Part shown: positions 19,442 through 28,709 of the stretch, one piece after another | Layout of the letters: each line of letters starts with the position of its first letter | Numbering within the stretch: position 1 is the first letter of the stretch | Source: Methanobacteriota archaeon | GTDB lineage: Archaea; Thermoplasmatota; Poseidoniia; Poseidoniales; Poseidoniaceae | Direction: 5' to 3' | Assembly: GCA_018691345.1 (NCBI GenBank) | Contig: JABGTJ010000112.1 | Location: 242 to 64,241, forward strand | Length of the DNA stretch: 64,000 bases | Notes under the pieces: model-generated | The model's input: the letters and a program-made list of their open reading frames with translations, nothing else | Told to the model about the DNA's origin: nothing | Databases searched by the model: none | Program-made: the position numbers and the translations under genes

Positions 19442-21442
19442 TCAATCGAACATAGTTAGAATATCACGGAACAGCGTTTGGGCATGCCCTTCGCTTCGCT
19501 CTACCAATCGCTTGACAATCAATTCAGGCGTCGAACGGGCGAGATGATTCCGCTTCGGTGTTCGGTCGACCATCAGTTCTAAATTGGCATCTAAGCCAGT
19601 AGCCTCTATGCCATCGACTCTCAAATCGTTGCGTCCTGTAGCCTTCAGTATTGCAGGCGCAAGGTGAGTGACCAGCATCATTGTCGTATCGTCTTGGGCC
19701 TCCGCAGCAAGCAGCATGCCTGCAATGATTCGAGCACCAGCGCCTGGCTCAGTGATTGCTTCCAGTTCATCTGCAAGAATCAGTTTTGGCGTTGGGTCAC
19801 TGACTACATTGGCTAATTCGACCAACGTTTGTTCCAGCGCACCAGCGCTTTGAGTACCCCCTGCTTTTGCAAGAATGTGCATGGCATCGACCTGTCCAAC
19901 ACGCGCAGAAAGGCCCGGAACTGGCAATCCCATGTGTGCAAGAATGCACGTGTGTGCAAGCAGTTCGAGAAGTGTAGTTTTACCACCGGAATTGGCACCT
20001 GTGAGGAGGGCAAGTGATTGTTGATCACCGCTCTCACCAGCGTTTCCTATTCCGTAGGTGACCGGGTCAGGCTCACATCCAAGCAACAGATGCCGTCCTT
20101 CTTCAATGTAGATTCCATGTTCTACAAATTCGGGAAGTACACATTCCCTCGCCTTGGCCCATAGGGCGATGCAAACCCATTGGTCAAATCCGATAAGAGC
20201 GCGGACCGCATCTTCACAGCGAGAACGGAGTGGTCCAAGTTTCTGTGCGAGCATGAGCATGTGTTCAGTTTCGCCCGTCTTGAGTTTCTGCTCGAGAGAC
20301 TGGTCGATTTCATCGATGACTTTTCTGTTGATTTTAGCAGGCCACTGGGTGGCAAAGATGTCGTATGGGCACCGGACTCCCGTGCCTTCCAAAGTTTCAA
20401 CCATAGATTGTTTTGCCTTTTGCATGGCTTCAGTGATGACATCACTGGTGGCTTCCTGTAATTTTCTTTGAAAAGCTGCTCCGTCTGAAAGTGCTTCAAG
20501 AAGTTCGGCACCACTCAAGTTCATTTTCGCATCATCCATGGCTTGCGCCACTTCATCGTTGACCTGCCCTTCCAGTCCTTTAGCGACTTTCCACAGCGTG
20601 TCTTTCACTTCTGCAATGGTCTCGAGATCACCTTGGTCATCTATACTTTCGAGTATCTCCGGCAAGTGTTCAAGGCCGGTAACAAGTGAGAACAGTTCAT
20701 CGATGAAAGGATGAGACTCTGTGGATTCACGAGCCATTTTCACGACGTCCGATACAACGGTTAGTGTGCGAAGGTTTTGGCGGAACCAATCGATGGTTCG
20801 CTCAGGTAGAATCAGTTCACTCGAGGCTCCTTTCGGAAGAACAACCCACCCATCCGGTGCTTCATCGGGTGCTCCTGAACCAATCCAAGTTACCGATTTG
20901 AATACGGTATAATCCTTCCAAGTTTCTCCTTCACCAGGCTGCAAGACTCTGCACCACTTCTTGAAACCGTCCAACGGTTCTTTGCTAACAACGACTCGCT
21001 CATAGCGCTCGTTGGCGAATCTGGTTTGTCGTAGGTTGTGGAACAGTCCAGAAAGGGTAACCATTCGTTCATGATGTTGACTTTGAAAGTGCATGGAATG
21101 GCTGACTTTGAGTCGACGTTCCGCAGGGTTTTCAACGGGCATCAACAGTTGCATTCTCTCTCGAGTTGCAGCACATGAAGCAAATGTAACAATGTCCTGC
21201 AGCAGTGCACGATGGAGTTTTTCCGCCTCCTTTGTAGCGAGGAAGGAACCCGATTGTCCAGTGATCATACGTGCAAGATTCAGTGCTCTTTTCGGTGAGA
21301 CTCCATCGATTTCAGCAATTCGGGCGATGTCGCCCGACTTTAACGATGCAATCGCTTCTTCTTCTCCACCGAAATGTTCAGTGATTTTTTGGGCAAGCCG
21401 TTCGCCAACACCCGGCAGTTTACTCAGAACCATGCGTACCAT
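19442..21442 (-). CDS. MutS-family ATPase with N-terminal helix-hairpin-helix (archaeal MutS5/MutS2-like)
   Basis: HhH LPGVGERLA and IDGVSPKRA; Walker A LTGANSGGKTT, AHMGLPVP, SAGALE, LADELEAITEPGA, VTHL. No mismatch-recognition domain apparent. Confidence 0.88.
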   Translation of the reverse strand: MVRMVLSKLPGVGERLAQKITEHFGGEEEAIASLKSGDIARIAEIDGVSPKRALNLARMITGQSGSFLATKEAEKLHRALLQDIVTFASCAATRERMQLLMPVENPAERRLKVSHSMHFQSQHHERMVTLSGLFHNLRQTRFANERYERVVVSKEPLDGFKKWCRVLQPGEGETWKDYTVFKSVTWIGSGAPDEAPDGWVVLPKGASSELILPERTIDWFRQNLRTLTVVSDVVKMARESTESHPFIDELFSLVTGLEHLPEILESIDDQGDLETIAEVKDTLWKVAKGLEGQVNDEVAQAMDDAKMNLSGAELLEALSDGAAFQRKLQEATSDVITEAMQKAKQSMVETLEGTGVRCPYDIFATQWPAKINRKVIDEIDQSLEQKLKTGETEHMLMLAQKLGPLRSRCEDAVRALIGFDQWVCIALWAKARECVLPEFVEHGIYIEEGRHLLLGCEPDPVTYGIGNAGESGDQQSLALLTGANSGGKTTLLELLAHTCILAHMGLPVPGLSARVGQVDAMHILAKAGGTQSAGALEQTLVELANVVSDPTPKLILADELEAITEPGAGARIIAGMLLAAEAQDDTTMMLVTHLAPAILKATGRNDLRVDGIEATGLDANLELMVDRTPKRNHLARSTPELIVKRLVERSEGHAQTLFRDILTMFD

Positions 21443-21610
21443 CGTTTGTCAAAGGCTTTTGAGGATATTGCTCAAACGGCATCTCAATCCTCGAATTTCC
21501 GGGAACGAACTCTACAGGTCAACTGCTCGTTAACCTCAAAAGACAGTGTCCATACGAAGTACTGGTGCACAGGATTGGATCAAGACGGTTCTGACGGTCA
21601 AAAACGCTCG

Positions 21611-23446
21611 ATGCTCGAGTTTAACATCGTGCTGAGTTCAGTTGTTGCCGTTTCTCTCGTCTTCCTTTTTATTTCCGCAGTCTACAGTGGTGCGGTTATC
21701 GAAATCGTTGAAGATGAGGACCAATTATCCACAGTCCGTGTTCCAGTTTGGGAACGCAACACCTTGCCTTATCAGACCGATGGCGAGTTTGGAGTGGCCC
21801 TTGAAGTTGGACCGTATGAGTTGCTACCAACCGAGAACGAGTGGAGTTCAACTCACCATTTTGTCGAGTACGCTCTTCCGATTGAGGAAGGCGGTGCTGC
21901 CCCTGACGATGCCGTCATTAGTCTCGCTGTTTGGAGACCAAATGTTCCTGATGGCGTTCAAGTTCCAGTGATTGCTGAATTTGGACCCTATTTCCAAGAA
22001 GCATCGGTTGAAACGCCGAGCATTGAAGTTCCGGGCACATGGCTTGGTCAGATGATTATTGACCAGATACTTCCGCACGGCTTTGCATTCGCCCAAGTGT
22101 CCGTCTCCGGCACAGGACGTTCGAACCACTGCATGGATTTGATGGGCAACGCTGAGCAACTTGGCAACGATGCAGCTGTACGATGGCTCGCAGAACAGAA
22201 TTGGTCGAACGGCGCTGTTGGGATGATTGGAAAATCATACGACGGCAGCACACCATGGCAAGCAGCCATGTTCGGTGCTGAACACGATTATCTCAAGACC
22301 ATTGTACCTATTTCAGGATTAATTGGGGTCAAGGAATTGATGTGGCGCAACGGTTCTTCCGAAGCGAGAGCCCCCATTATGCACAACGGCGTTTACGGCT
22401 CATATGGACTGGATGGCGACGAAGAGGATTATCAAAACCTCTGTCCGGATTACATCATTGGCCCTGGTACAGGAGTTTCTGCGTACATGTTCGGCTCGGA
22501 AGTTGCCGGTGATTACTGGGCTGAGCGGTACTTCCTTGAACGGGTATTGGACAATTACGAAGGCAGTGTTTACTTGATTCAAGGTATGCATGACTGGAAC
22601 GTCGACCCGCACATGGCGGTCCCGACGATGAATGCTCTCAAAGACGCTGGAATCGATGCGAAGGGATTGTTTGGCCAGTGGGACCACGACTATCCAGACC
22701 GCCCTGTTCAGTTGGATGACCGTTCTGATTTAGGCGGCCGTGGCGGGGAAGCGTTCCCGGAAATGATTCGTTATGATTGGATGCAAGATTTACTCGAGTG
22801 GTTCGACTTCTATCTGCGAGATGTTGGTGAACAACCAGGTCTTTACATCGAGATTCAGTCAAACCAAGGCTCATGGAGACTTGAAGACAGGTATCCTCCA
22901 AGCGACACGGTCGAAATGACCTTTGATTTAGGTGGCTCAATGGACAACATTGGAGGAGGGACAACCGTGTTCCCCGATGCCAATACTGGGCCGGTTTGGC
23001 AATCTGCTCCACTTACAGAAACCATGTATGTTGCAGGAACTCCTCGGCTGCATGTGGACGTCACCACAGCAACCGTTGGTGGGCAATTGTATGCTCTGCT
23101 CGAAGAATGTGATGATTCGAACAATTGCATTCACATCGGACATGCGATTATGGATTTGCGATACCACGCTGGCGGTGATGATATTCAATCATGGACGCCT
23201 GTAGTTGAAACAATCAATGCAAAGATGGAGTTCATGCCTTTGGATGCGGAGATTCCTGAAGGCCATACCTTGCGACTGAGTCTACTTTCAACGGGTGAAG
23301 ATTACTTGCCAGCAAGCACCTCCTCCGCCGTGTTTGTCCAAGAAGGGGAATCCTCGACGCTCCAAATGGATACGTTCATACCTGCCGATCGAATTTATTT
23401 CACGCCACCAGAATGTTTTCACGAGCGTTGCATCACCGGAGAATAA
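21611..23446 (+). CDS. CocE/NonD family hydrolase (second paralog), N-terminally membrane-anchored
   Basis: Same motifs as the 17633 gene (GTGRSNHCMDLMG, GMIGKSYDG, DWNVDPH, GQWDHDYPDR). Start is uncertain (ATG 21611 or TTG 21575); the track start at 21374 overlaps the divergent mutS-like gene. Confidence 0.88.
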   Translation: MLEFNIVLSSVVAVSLVFLFISAVYSGAVIEIVEDEDQLSTVRVPVWERNTLPYQTDGEFGVALEVGPYELLPTENEWSSTHHFVEYALPIEEGGAAPDDAVISLAVWRPNVPDGVQVPVIAEFGPYFQEASVETPSIEVPGTWLGQMIIDQILPHGFAFAQVSVSGTGRSNHCMDLMGNAEQLGNDAAVRWLAEQNWSNGAVGMIGKSYDGSTPWQAAMFGAEHDYLKTIVPISGLIGVKELMWRNGSSEARAPIMHNGVYGSYGLDGDEEDYQNLCPDYIIGPGTGVSAYMFGSEVAGDYWAERYFLERVLDNYEGSVYLIQGMHDWNVDPHMAVPTMNALKDAGIDAKGLFGQWDHDYPDRPVQLDDRSDLGGRGGEAFPEMIRYDWMQDLLEWFDFYLRDVGEQPGLYIEIQSNQGSWRLEDRYPPSDTVEMTFDLGGSMDNIGGGTTVFPDANTGPVWQSAPLTETMYVAGTPRLHVDVTTATVGGQLYALLEECDDSNNCIHIGHAIMDLRYHAGGDDIQSWTPVVETINAKMEFMPLDAEIPEGHTLRLSLLSTGEDYLPASTSSAVFVQEGESSTLQMDTFIPADRIYFTPPECFHERCITGE

Positions 23447-23455
23447 ATCCCTCTC

Positions 23456-23764
23456 TCATTTGGTGAAACGCCTGGTAAGGTAAAATCCTGCAAGAGCAGC
23501 TAATCCGAAAGAACCGGTTTCTAAGAGCGCATTCAACATCGAATCAGCTTGTTGAACCAAATTGGTTTCTTCCAATAATCCGAACGTTAGTCGATGCCAG
23601 TCTACGATGACTATTCCTCGTGTTTCAAGCCATTTTAACAGTATGAACTGAATGGCAAACAAGAACTTAATCATGTTACTTGCAATCTTGAAAAGGAAGG
23701 CTGCTAGAACACCCAGCACGAGTCCTTGCAGAGCAGAATTACTGAGTTCAACCGCTTCAATCAT
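23456..23764 (-). CDS. FUN14-like small membrane protein
   Basis: GLVLGVLAAFLFK...LKWLETRGIVIVDW...GSFGLAALAGF follows the FUN14 pattern. Confidence 0.7.
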   Translation of the reverse strand: MIEAVELSNSALQGLVLGVLAAFLFKIASNMIKFLFAIQFILLKWLETRGIVIVDWHRLTFGLLEETNLVQQADSMLNALLETGSFGLAALAGFYLTRRFTK

Positions 23765-23813
23765 GAAATTAAATTAATCCGGAGGTTCATGTTGTTTTCG
23801 CATGGTTGTGCTT

Positions 23814-25220
23814 TCACGAAGAATACGGTAATTCAAGTTCGACCGCAAACAACGGGTCGGGGTCGGTCGAATCGTGGTACGCGACTACAACTCCACCGTC
23901 GTTGAGGATACCGAGCGAAGCGAAGTCGAAACGGATATCGTTTCCTGCCCCTGAGGTTGAGTCAAGGTCGCCTTGACCGAGGTAGGTCATTGAATCTGGC
24001 GACATATCTTCTGAGTATCCACGAACGTGATACACCATGTCAATGTCCGGTCCACCAGTGCTTTGGTATCGAATATTCAACACGAACAGGTCCAATTCGC
24101 CGTTGGCTTGGAACTCCCATTCTTCAATAGATGACGATACTGAACTCATGTCATAGGTTTGGTTTTGCCATGTCAACGCTCCGTCTGTCGACATATAATG
24201 TGTGAAAGTCGTACCTGAGTTGGCAACGCAATGCAGTGTTCCCGCAGAGTCAAAATGGCAGTATTCTGAAGGGAATTGTATTTCCAATTCGTTCCAAGAC
24301 AAGGTCGTGTCCATGTATGCTGCGTTTCCGTTGTTGTAGTAACTCGGGAAAATGAGGCCACCGGTTGGCATTGGGAACGCTCGCATTTCCTTGTGGGGCT
24401 TGTTGACGTCGTAGTACGAAGTCAGTCCTTCTTCAGTGAAGTTTAGGTCCAGTTCAATTGTAGGGTCGTTTGAATCTCGGCTCGTGAACTGGAACGGTAC
24501 GTAATTAAGTCCGTCAACGCTTATTTGGCCCCCTGCGTCAAGCGATTGGTGCCAGAAATTAGAGACCACAATACTCGCCCATTCACCGTTTCCGATGGAG
24601 GAAGTAATCGGGCCAACAACCTCAACTTGCCAGGATCGGTCATAGAAAGGTTCAGTTAAGCGGTTGTAGCACCATTTCCATTCATCTTCGGATTCATCAA
24701 AGAGAATGGCATAGAACTTGTCGATTTTTCCGTCAGCACCGACGTAGGGGTACCACGACATTGAGATGATGTCTCCATTGGTGGCTTGAACGATGCTACC
24801 TTCTCCCAGTCCTTCTTGACCTGGGTTTGTTGGGACTGCTGTTACGCATTGCCCTAGAGCAGGAAACACTCCGGGTATGTAGGTGTCCCACGTGTGGCCG
24901 CGGTCTTCACTGAATACGGGATATTCTCCACCGATGTTGAGAATTTGCCCTTCAATTGTAGTGGCAAGGTAGTGTTCGCAGCAGTTGCCGCCTTTTGATG
25001 CATCAAATACCGCCCATGACGTGTTGGTCGTTTCGTTTGTTCGCAGGTCAACGGTAACAAACATGCGAGCATCTTCGTGAGAAACGCTGTCAATCAGTTG
25101 GTATGATTCCCAAATCGAGGTCATATCGGAGTCGTTTTCCATCATCTCTTCACCACCGCCAAAACAGCCTGCTAAGACCATTGAGGCGACTAAAAGAACA
25201 GAGAATAGGACCCTTCGCAT
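23814..25220 (-). CDS. Hypothetical lipoprotein (possible beta-propeller/BNR-like)
   Basis: LAGC lipobox-like signal; BNR-like SEDRGHTW and STDGALTW motifs; GGNCCEHYL. Confidence 0.7.
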   Translation of the reverse strand: MRRVLFSVLLVASMVLAGCFGGGEEMMENDSDMTSIWESYQLIDSVSHEDARMFVTVDLRTNETTNTSWAVFDASKGGNCCEHYLATTIEGQILNIGGEYPVFSEDRGHTWDTYIPGVFPALGQCVTAVPTNPGQEGLGEGSIVQATNGDIISMSWYPYVGADGKIDKFYAILFDESEDEWKWCYNRLTEPFYDRSWQVEVVGPITSSIGNGEWASIVVSNFWHQSLDAGGQISVDGLNYVPFQFTSRDSNDPTIELDLNFTEEGLTSYYDVNKPHKEMRAFPMPTGGLIFPSYYNNGNAAYMDTTLSWNELEIQFPSEYCHFDSAGTLHCVANSGTTFTHYMSTDGALTWQNQTYDMSSVSSSIEEWEFQANGELDLFVLNIRYQSTGGPDIDMVYHVRGYSEDMSPDSMTYLGQGDLDSTSGAGNDIRFDFASLGILNDGGVVVAYHDSTDPDPLFAVELELPYSS

Positions 25221-25280
25221 GAAGAAGCGTAGCGGCACATTGATTTGAAGCCGTCGCTGTGATGAAAGACGGTTTCAGTC

Positions 25281-28200
25281 TCATTGAACTGTGAACCAAA
25301 CGGTTGTTCCATCAACCTCAAAGTGCTCAGCATCCGTTCCAGCTTCATCCGAATGAGAGTGGAAAATGGCAGCGGCAGCACGCGTTTCTGTGACAATCCA
25401 TTGTCGGTCTCGTTCGAACATTTCTGGTGCATTTTCAGTCCAAATTTCCAAATCAATGGTCGCTTCAATAGCGAGGTTGAGGTCTTTTCGCATGGCTTGA
25501 ATTCGGCGAGTAATGTCCCGAGCAAGTCCCTTTGAAAGCAAGTCTGGCGTATCGTTCATGTCGAGGACCAGGCTAATCTGTTGGGCAGCATCACCTTGAC
25601 CGATGGTAACCGTTGATGCTGCAAACCCTTCTCGCTCGATGCGTCGCACTTCGACATCACTTTCTTCGATGGCGACACCAAGGATTTCACAGGTACCTGC
25701 TTGAATGGAGGCCAGCATTGCCGTTGGGTCGTCAGCGTTCTTAATCTCTCCAGCGACAGCATTGATTTCACTGCGTGCTTTGGGTGCCAAAGCACGGAAA
25801 TTAGGAGCCAGTTCAATCTGTTGGAATCGGTCAAGGTCATTTTCAACTTCGATCGATTCGACGTTGAGTTCTTCGGCTAATATATCATGGAATTCGGCCA
25901 TGTCGGGGCCAGATACAATCCATCCTTGGGCGCATGGAAGGCGTTGGCGCCGGCCAGCCTCAATACGGATGCGTCGGCCAACTTCAGCGAGTTCACGGAC
26001 GAGAGCCATCGTGGCTTCGAGTGAGAGATCTTGAGGGGGCAAGTTGGCGGTCGCAACTGCAGCCTCTTCATCCCACTCGTCAGCTGTAGCACCTTCGAGT
26101 GAGCCCGGAATGCCGAGCGGCCATGCCGCTTGATGCACCGTTTCTCCAGTTAAGTTTCGGTGAATGACATCGACCATGAATGGACTCACAGGGGCTACCA
26201 ATCGGCAAACTGTAGTGAGTATCTCGTGAAGTGTGTGTTGGCAAGCGACTTTGTCACTGGTCTCAGCATCGTCCCATAATCGGCGACGGCTGCGTCGGAC
26301 ATACCAATTCGATACATCGTTGACGATGAATTCTTCGAGGTCACGGCACGCCTTGTGGAAGTTCCACTGTTTGAAGTCAGCATGGTACGTGTTGGCAGTG
26401 GTTGCCAAACGGGAGAGAATCCATCGGTCGAGCGAAGAGCGAGATGCGATGTCTGAGGTTGATTGTTCAGGGTCGAACCCATCGAGTGCTGCGTAATCGG
26501 CGTGGAACTTGTAGACGTTCCATAGCGTCAAGAACATCTTTCCATACGTTTCTCGAACTCCATTCGAGTCGAACTTCAACGGATTCCATGGCGCTCCAGC
26601 TGTGACCATGTACCAGCGTGTTGCATCAGCACCTTCACGGTTGAAGTGGTCCCAAGGGTCAACGATGTTGCCGCGAGACTTCGACATTTTCTTTCCTTCT
26701 GCGTCGAGAATCAATCCGAGGCTCAAGCAACGCTTGTACGCTGGTTGGTCAAACACCGCCGTTGAAACAGCAAGCAGTGTGTAGAACCATCCTCGAGTTT
26801 GGTCGACACCCTCGCAGATGTAGTCGACAGGGAATGAAGCATCGAACGTTTCCTTTCCTTCGAATGGATAATGCCATTGAGCGAAAGGGGCGCATCCCGA
26901 ATCAAACCAACAGTCCATGACAAAAGGTTCTCTATGCATCGGTTTCCCATGTTCTGAAACGAGTGTGTATCCATCGACGACAGGTCGGTGAAGGTCTACA
27001 TCATCTGGACATTCAGGGTTTTCAAATCCTGCAGCAACGGCTTTTGCCACTTCGCTTTGTAATTCAGAAATAGATCCGATGCACTTCATGTTGCCTTCGT
27101 CGTCTCGCCAAACTGGGAGCGGTGTGCCCCAATAGCGTTCACGGGATATGGCCCAATCTTTGACGTTGCGAAGCCATTCACCAAATCGACCTTCACCGAC
27201 CCAGTCAGGTGCCCATTCAACCCCATCGTTGAACTCCAACAGCCGTTCCTTGACAGCAGTCATTCGAACAAACCATGAATCCATTGCGTAGTAGAGCAAT
27301 GGATGGTCGGTTCTCCAACAGTGTGGGTAGTCGTGAAGGTAGGATTTTTCTCGGTAAAGCAGTCCGCTCTCAGGGCCTTTTCCGTTGCTTCCACCTTTGG
27401 CAGAGAGCAATTCAATGACCGTTTGGTCGCATTCTTTGACGTACCGTCCGTCGAGTTGCGGATGCGTTCCAGCGAGGAACGCACCGTCCATGCCAACGGT
27501 GTGGTAAGCGGGAAGACCAGCAGCCATTCCTAGGTTGTAGTCGTCCTCACCGTACATGACTGCGGTGTGCACAACGCCCGTTCCATCGGTCGTGGTGACC
27601 CAATCGGCTTCAAGAACAGTCCATGCTGTTGTGGATTCCCCACGTGGGACGGCGTTTGGGAACAATGGCTCATAGGCTCGACCAACCAAGGAAGAGCCAG
27701 TGAACTCCTCGATAATTTCGACGTTGTGTCGAAGGACATCCTTCATCAATTCTTTTGCAAGAATCACTTCTTCACCGTCGGATGCACCTCCTGCACCAAT
27801 CCAGTTTTCTGCTTGTTCTGTAATTCGTACTCGGACATAGGTGACCTCTGGCCCAACAGCTAATCCGACGTTGCCAGGTAACGTCCATGGCGTGGTCGTC
27901 CATGCGAGGATGCTTGCATCGTCATCGAGGAGTTTGAATTTAACATAAACAGAAGGTTCCTCGACTTCCTTGTACCCTAAAGCCACTTCGTGACTCGAGT
28001 ACGAAGTGCCAGTTTGTGGGCAATACGGCAGAACTTTGTGGCCTCTGTACAACAGGCCTTTATCGAACATTTGCTTCATTGCCCACCAACACGACTCGAC
28101 GTAATTATTGTCAAGCGTGACGTAAGGATTGTCAAGATCGACCCAGTAAGCCATTCGTTCAGTCATTTCTCTCCACGCTGATTCATAGGTCCAAACCGAA

Positions 28201-28574
28201 TCACGGCAGGCCTGGTTGAAGTTATCCATGCCGTAGGCTTGAATCGCTTCATTGGACATCAAATCCATTCGCTTCTGGACTTCGATTTCCACTGGTAATC
28301 CGTGGGTATCCCAGCCTCCTTTTCGTTCAACACGGAAGCCTTCCATTGTCTTCCAGCGGCATACCAGGTCTTTGTAGGCCCGTGCAACCACATGGTGAAT
28401 ACCTGGCTTTCCGTTTGCAGTTGGAGGTCCTTCAAGGAAGATGAATGGGGCACCGCCGCCGTTGGAGTCTATGGATGCACGGAATGCTTGTTCTTGCTTC
28501 CATGTTTCCAATAACGCAGTCTCGAGAGCAACAGCATCGAGTTCACCTGCCGATTGAGGACGTGCCATAGCCAT
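25281..28574 (-). CDS. ileS: Isoleucine--tRNA ligase (IleRS2/archaeal-eukaryotic type) with GIHH signature
   Basis: EGPPTANG, GWDTHGLPVE, AWTTTPWTLP, GTGVVH, DWAISRERYWGTP, EGVDQTRGWFY, KMSKS. Start moved to ATG 28574. Confidence 0.97.
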   Translation of the reverse strand: MAMARPQSAGELDAVALETALLETWKQEQAFRASIDSNGGGAPFIFLEGPPTANGKPGIHHVVARAYKDLVCRWKTMEGFRVERKGGWDTHGLPVEIEVQKRMDLMSNEAIQAYGMDNFNQACRDSVWTYESAWREMTERMAYWVDLDNPYVTLDNNYVESCWWAMKQMFDKGLLYRGHKVLPYCPQTGTSYSSHEVALGYKEVEEPSVYVKFKLLDDDASILAWTTTPWTLPGNVGLAVGPEVTYVRVRITEQAENWIGAGGASDGEEVILAKELMKDVLRHNVEIIEEFTGSSLVGRAYEPLFPNAVPRGESTTAWTVLEADWVTTTDGTGVVHTAVMYGEDDYNLGMAAGLPAYHTVGMDGAFLAGTHPQLDGRYVKECDQTVIELLSAKGGSNGKGPESGLLYREKSYLHDYPHCWRTDHPLLYYAMDSWFVRMTAVKERLLEFNDGVEWAPDWVGEGRFGEWLRNVKDWAISRERYWGTPLPVWRDDEGNMKCIGSISELQSEVAKAVAAGFENPECPDDVDLHRPVVDGYTLVSEHGKPMHREPFVMDCWFDSGCAPFAQWHYPFEGKETFDASFPVDYICEGVDQTRGWFYTLLAVSTAVFDQPAYKRCLSLGLILDAEGKKMSKSRGNIVDPWDHFNREGADATRWYMVTAGAPWNPLKFDSNGVRETYGKMFLTLWNVYKFHADYAALDGFDPEQSTSDIASRSSLDRWILSRLATTANTYHADFKQWNFHKACRDLEEFIVNDVSNWYVRRSRRRLWDDAETSDKVACQHTLHEILTTVCRLVAPVSPFMVDVIHRNLTGETVHQAAWPLGIPGSLEGATADEWDEEAAVATANLPPQDLSLEATMALVRELAEVGRRIRIEAGRRQRLPCAQGWIVSGPDMAEFHDILAEELNVESIEVENDLDRFQQIELAPNFRALAPKARSEINAVAGEIKNADDPTAMLASIQAGTCEILGVAIEESDVEVRRIEREGFAASTVTIGQGDAAQQISLVLDMNDTPDLLSKGLARDITRRIQAMRKDLNLAIEATIDLEIWTENAPEMFERDRQWIVTETRAAAAIFHSHSDEAGTDAEHFEVDGTTVWFTVQ

Positions 28575-28709
28575 GCGAGAAGCGTTTTTGTCTTGAACCT
28601 CACCCCTCTCAGAGGTCGCATCTTGAGTTTCTTTTGACCTCGATTTCAAAGCATGCCGTCGAAAGGCGGTAGGGTATGTTTCAAATCGTTAGACCGCTAC
28701 GGATTGTTG

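Noticed and set aside
21374..21610. Long N-terminal extension of the second CocE/NonD gene (and similar extensions of ileS, nadE, trhO and the 1793 gene)
   Set aside because: Artefacts of the longest-ORF rule; several overlap neighbouring genes, and downstream ATGs give sensible N-termini.
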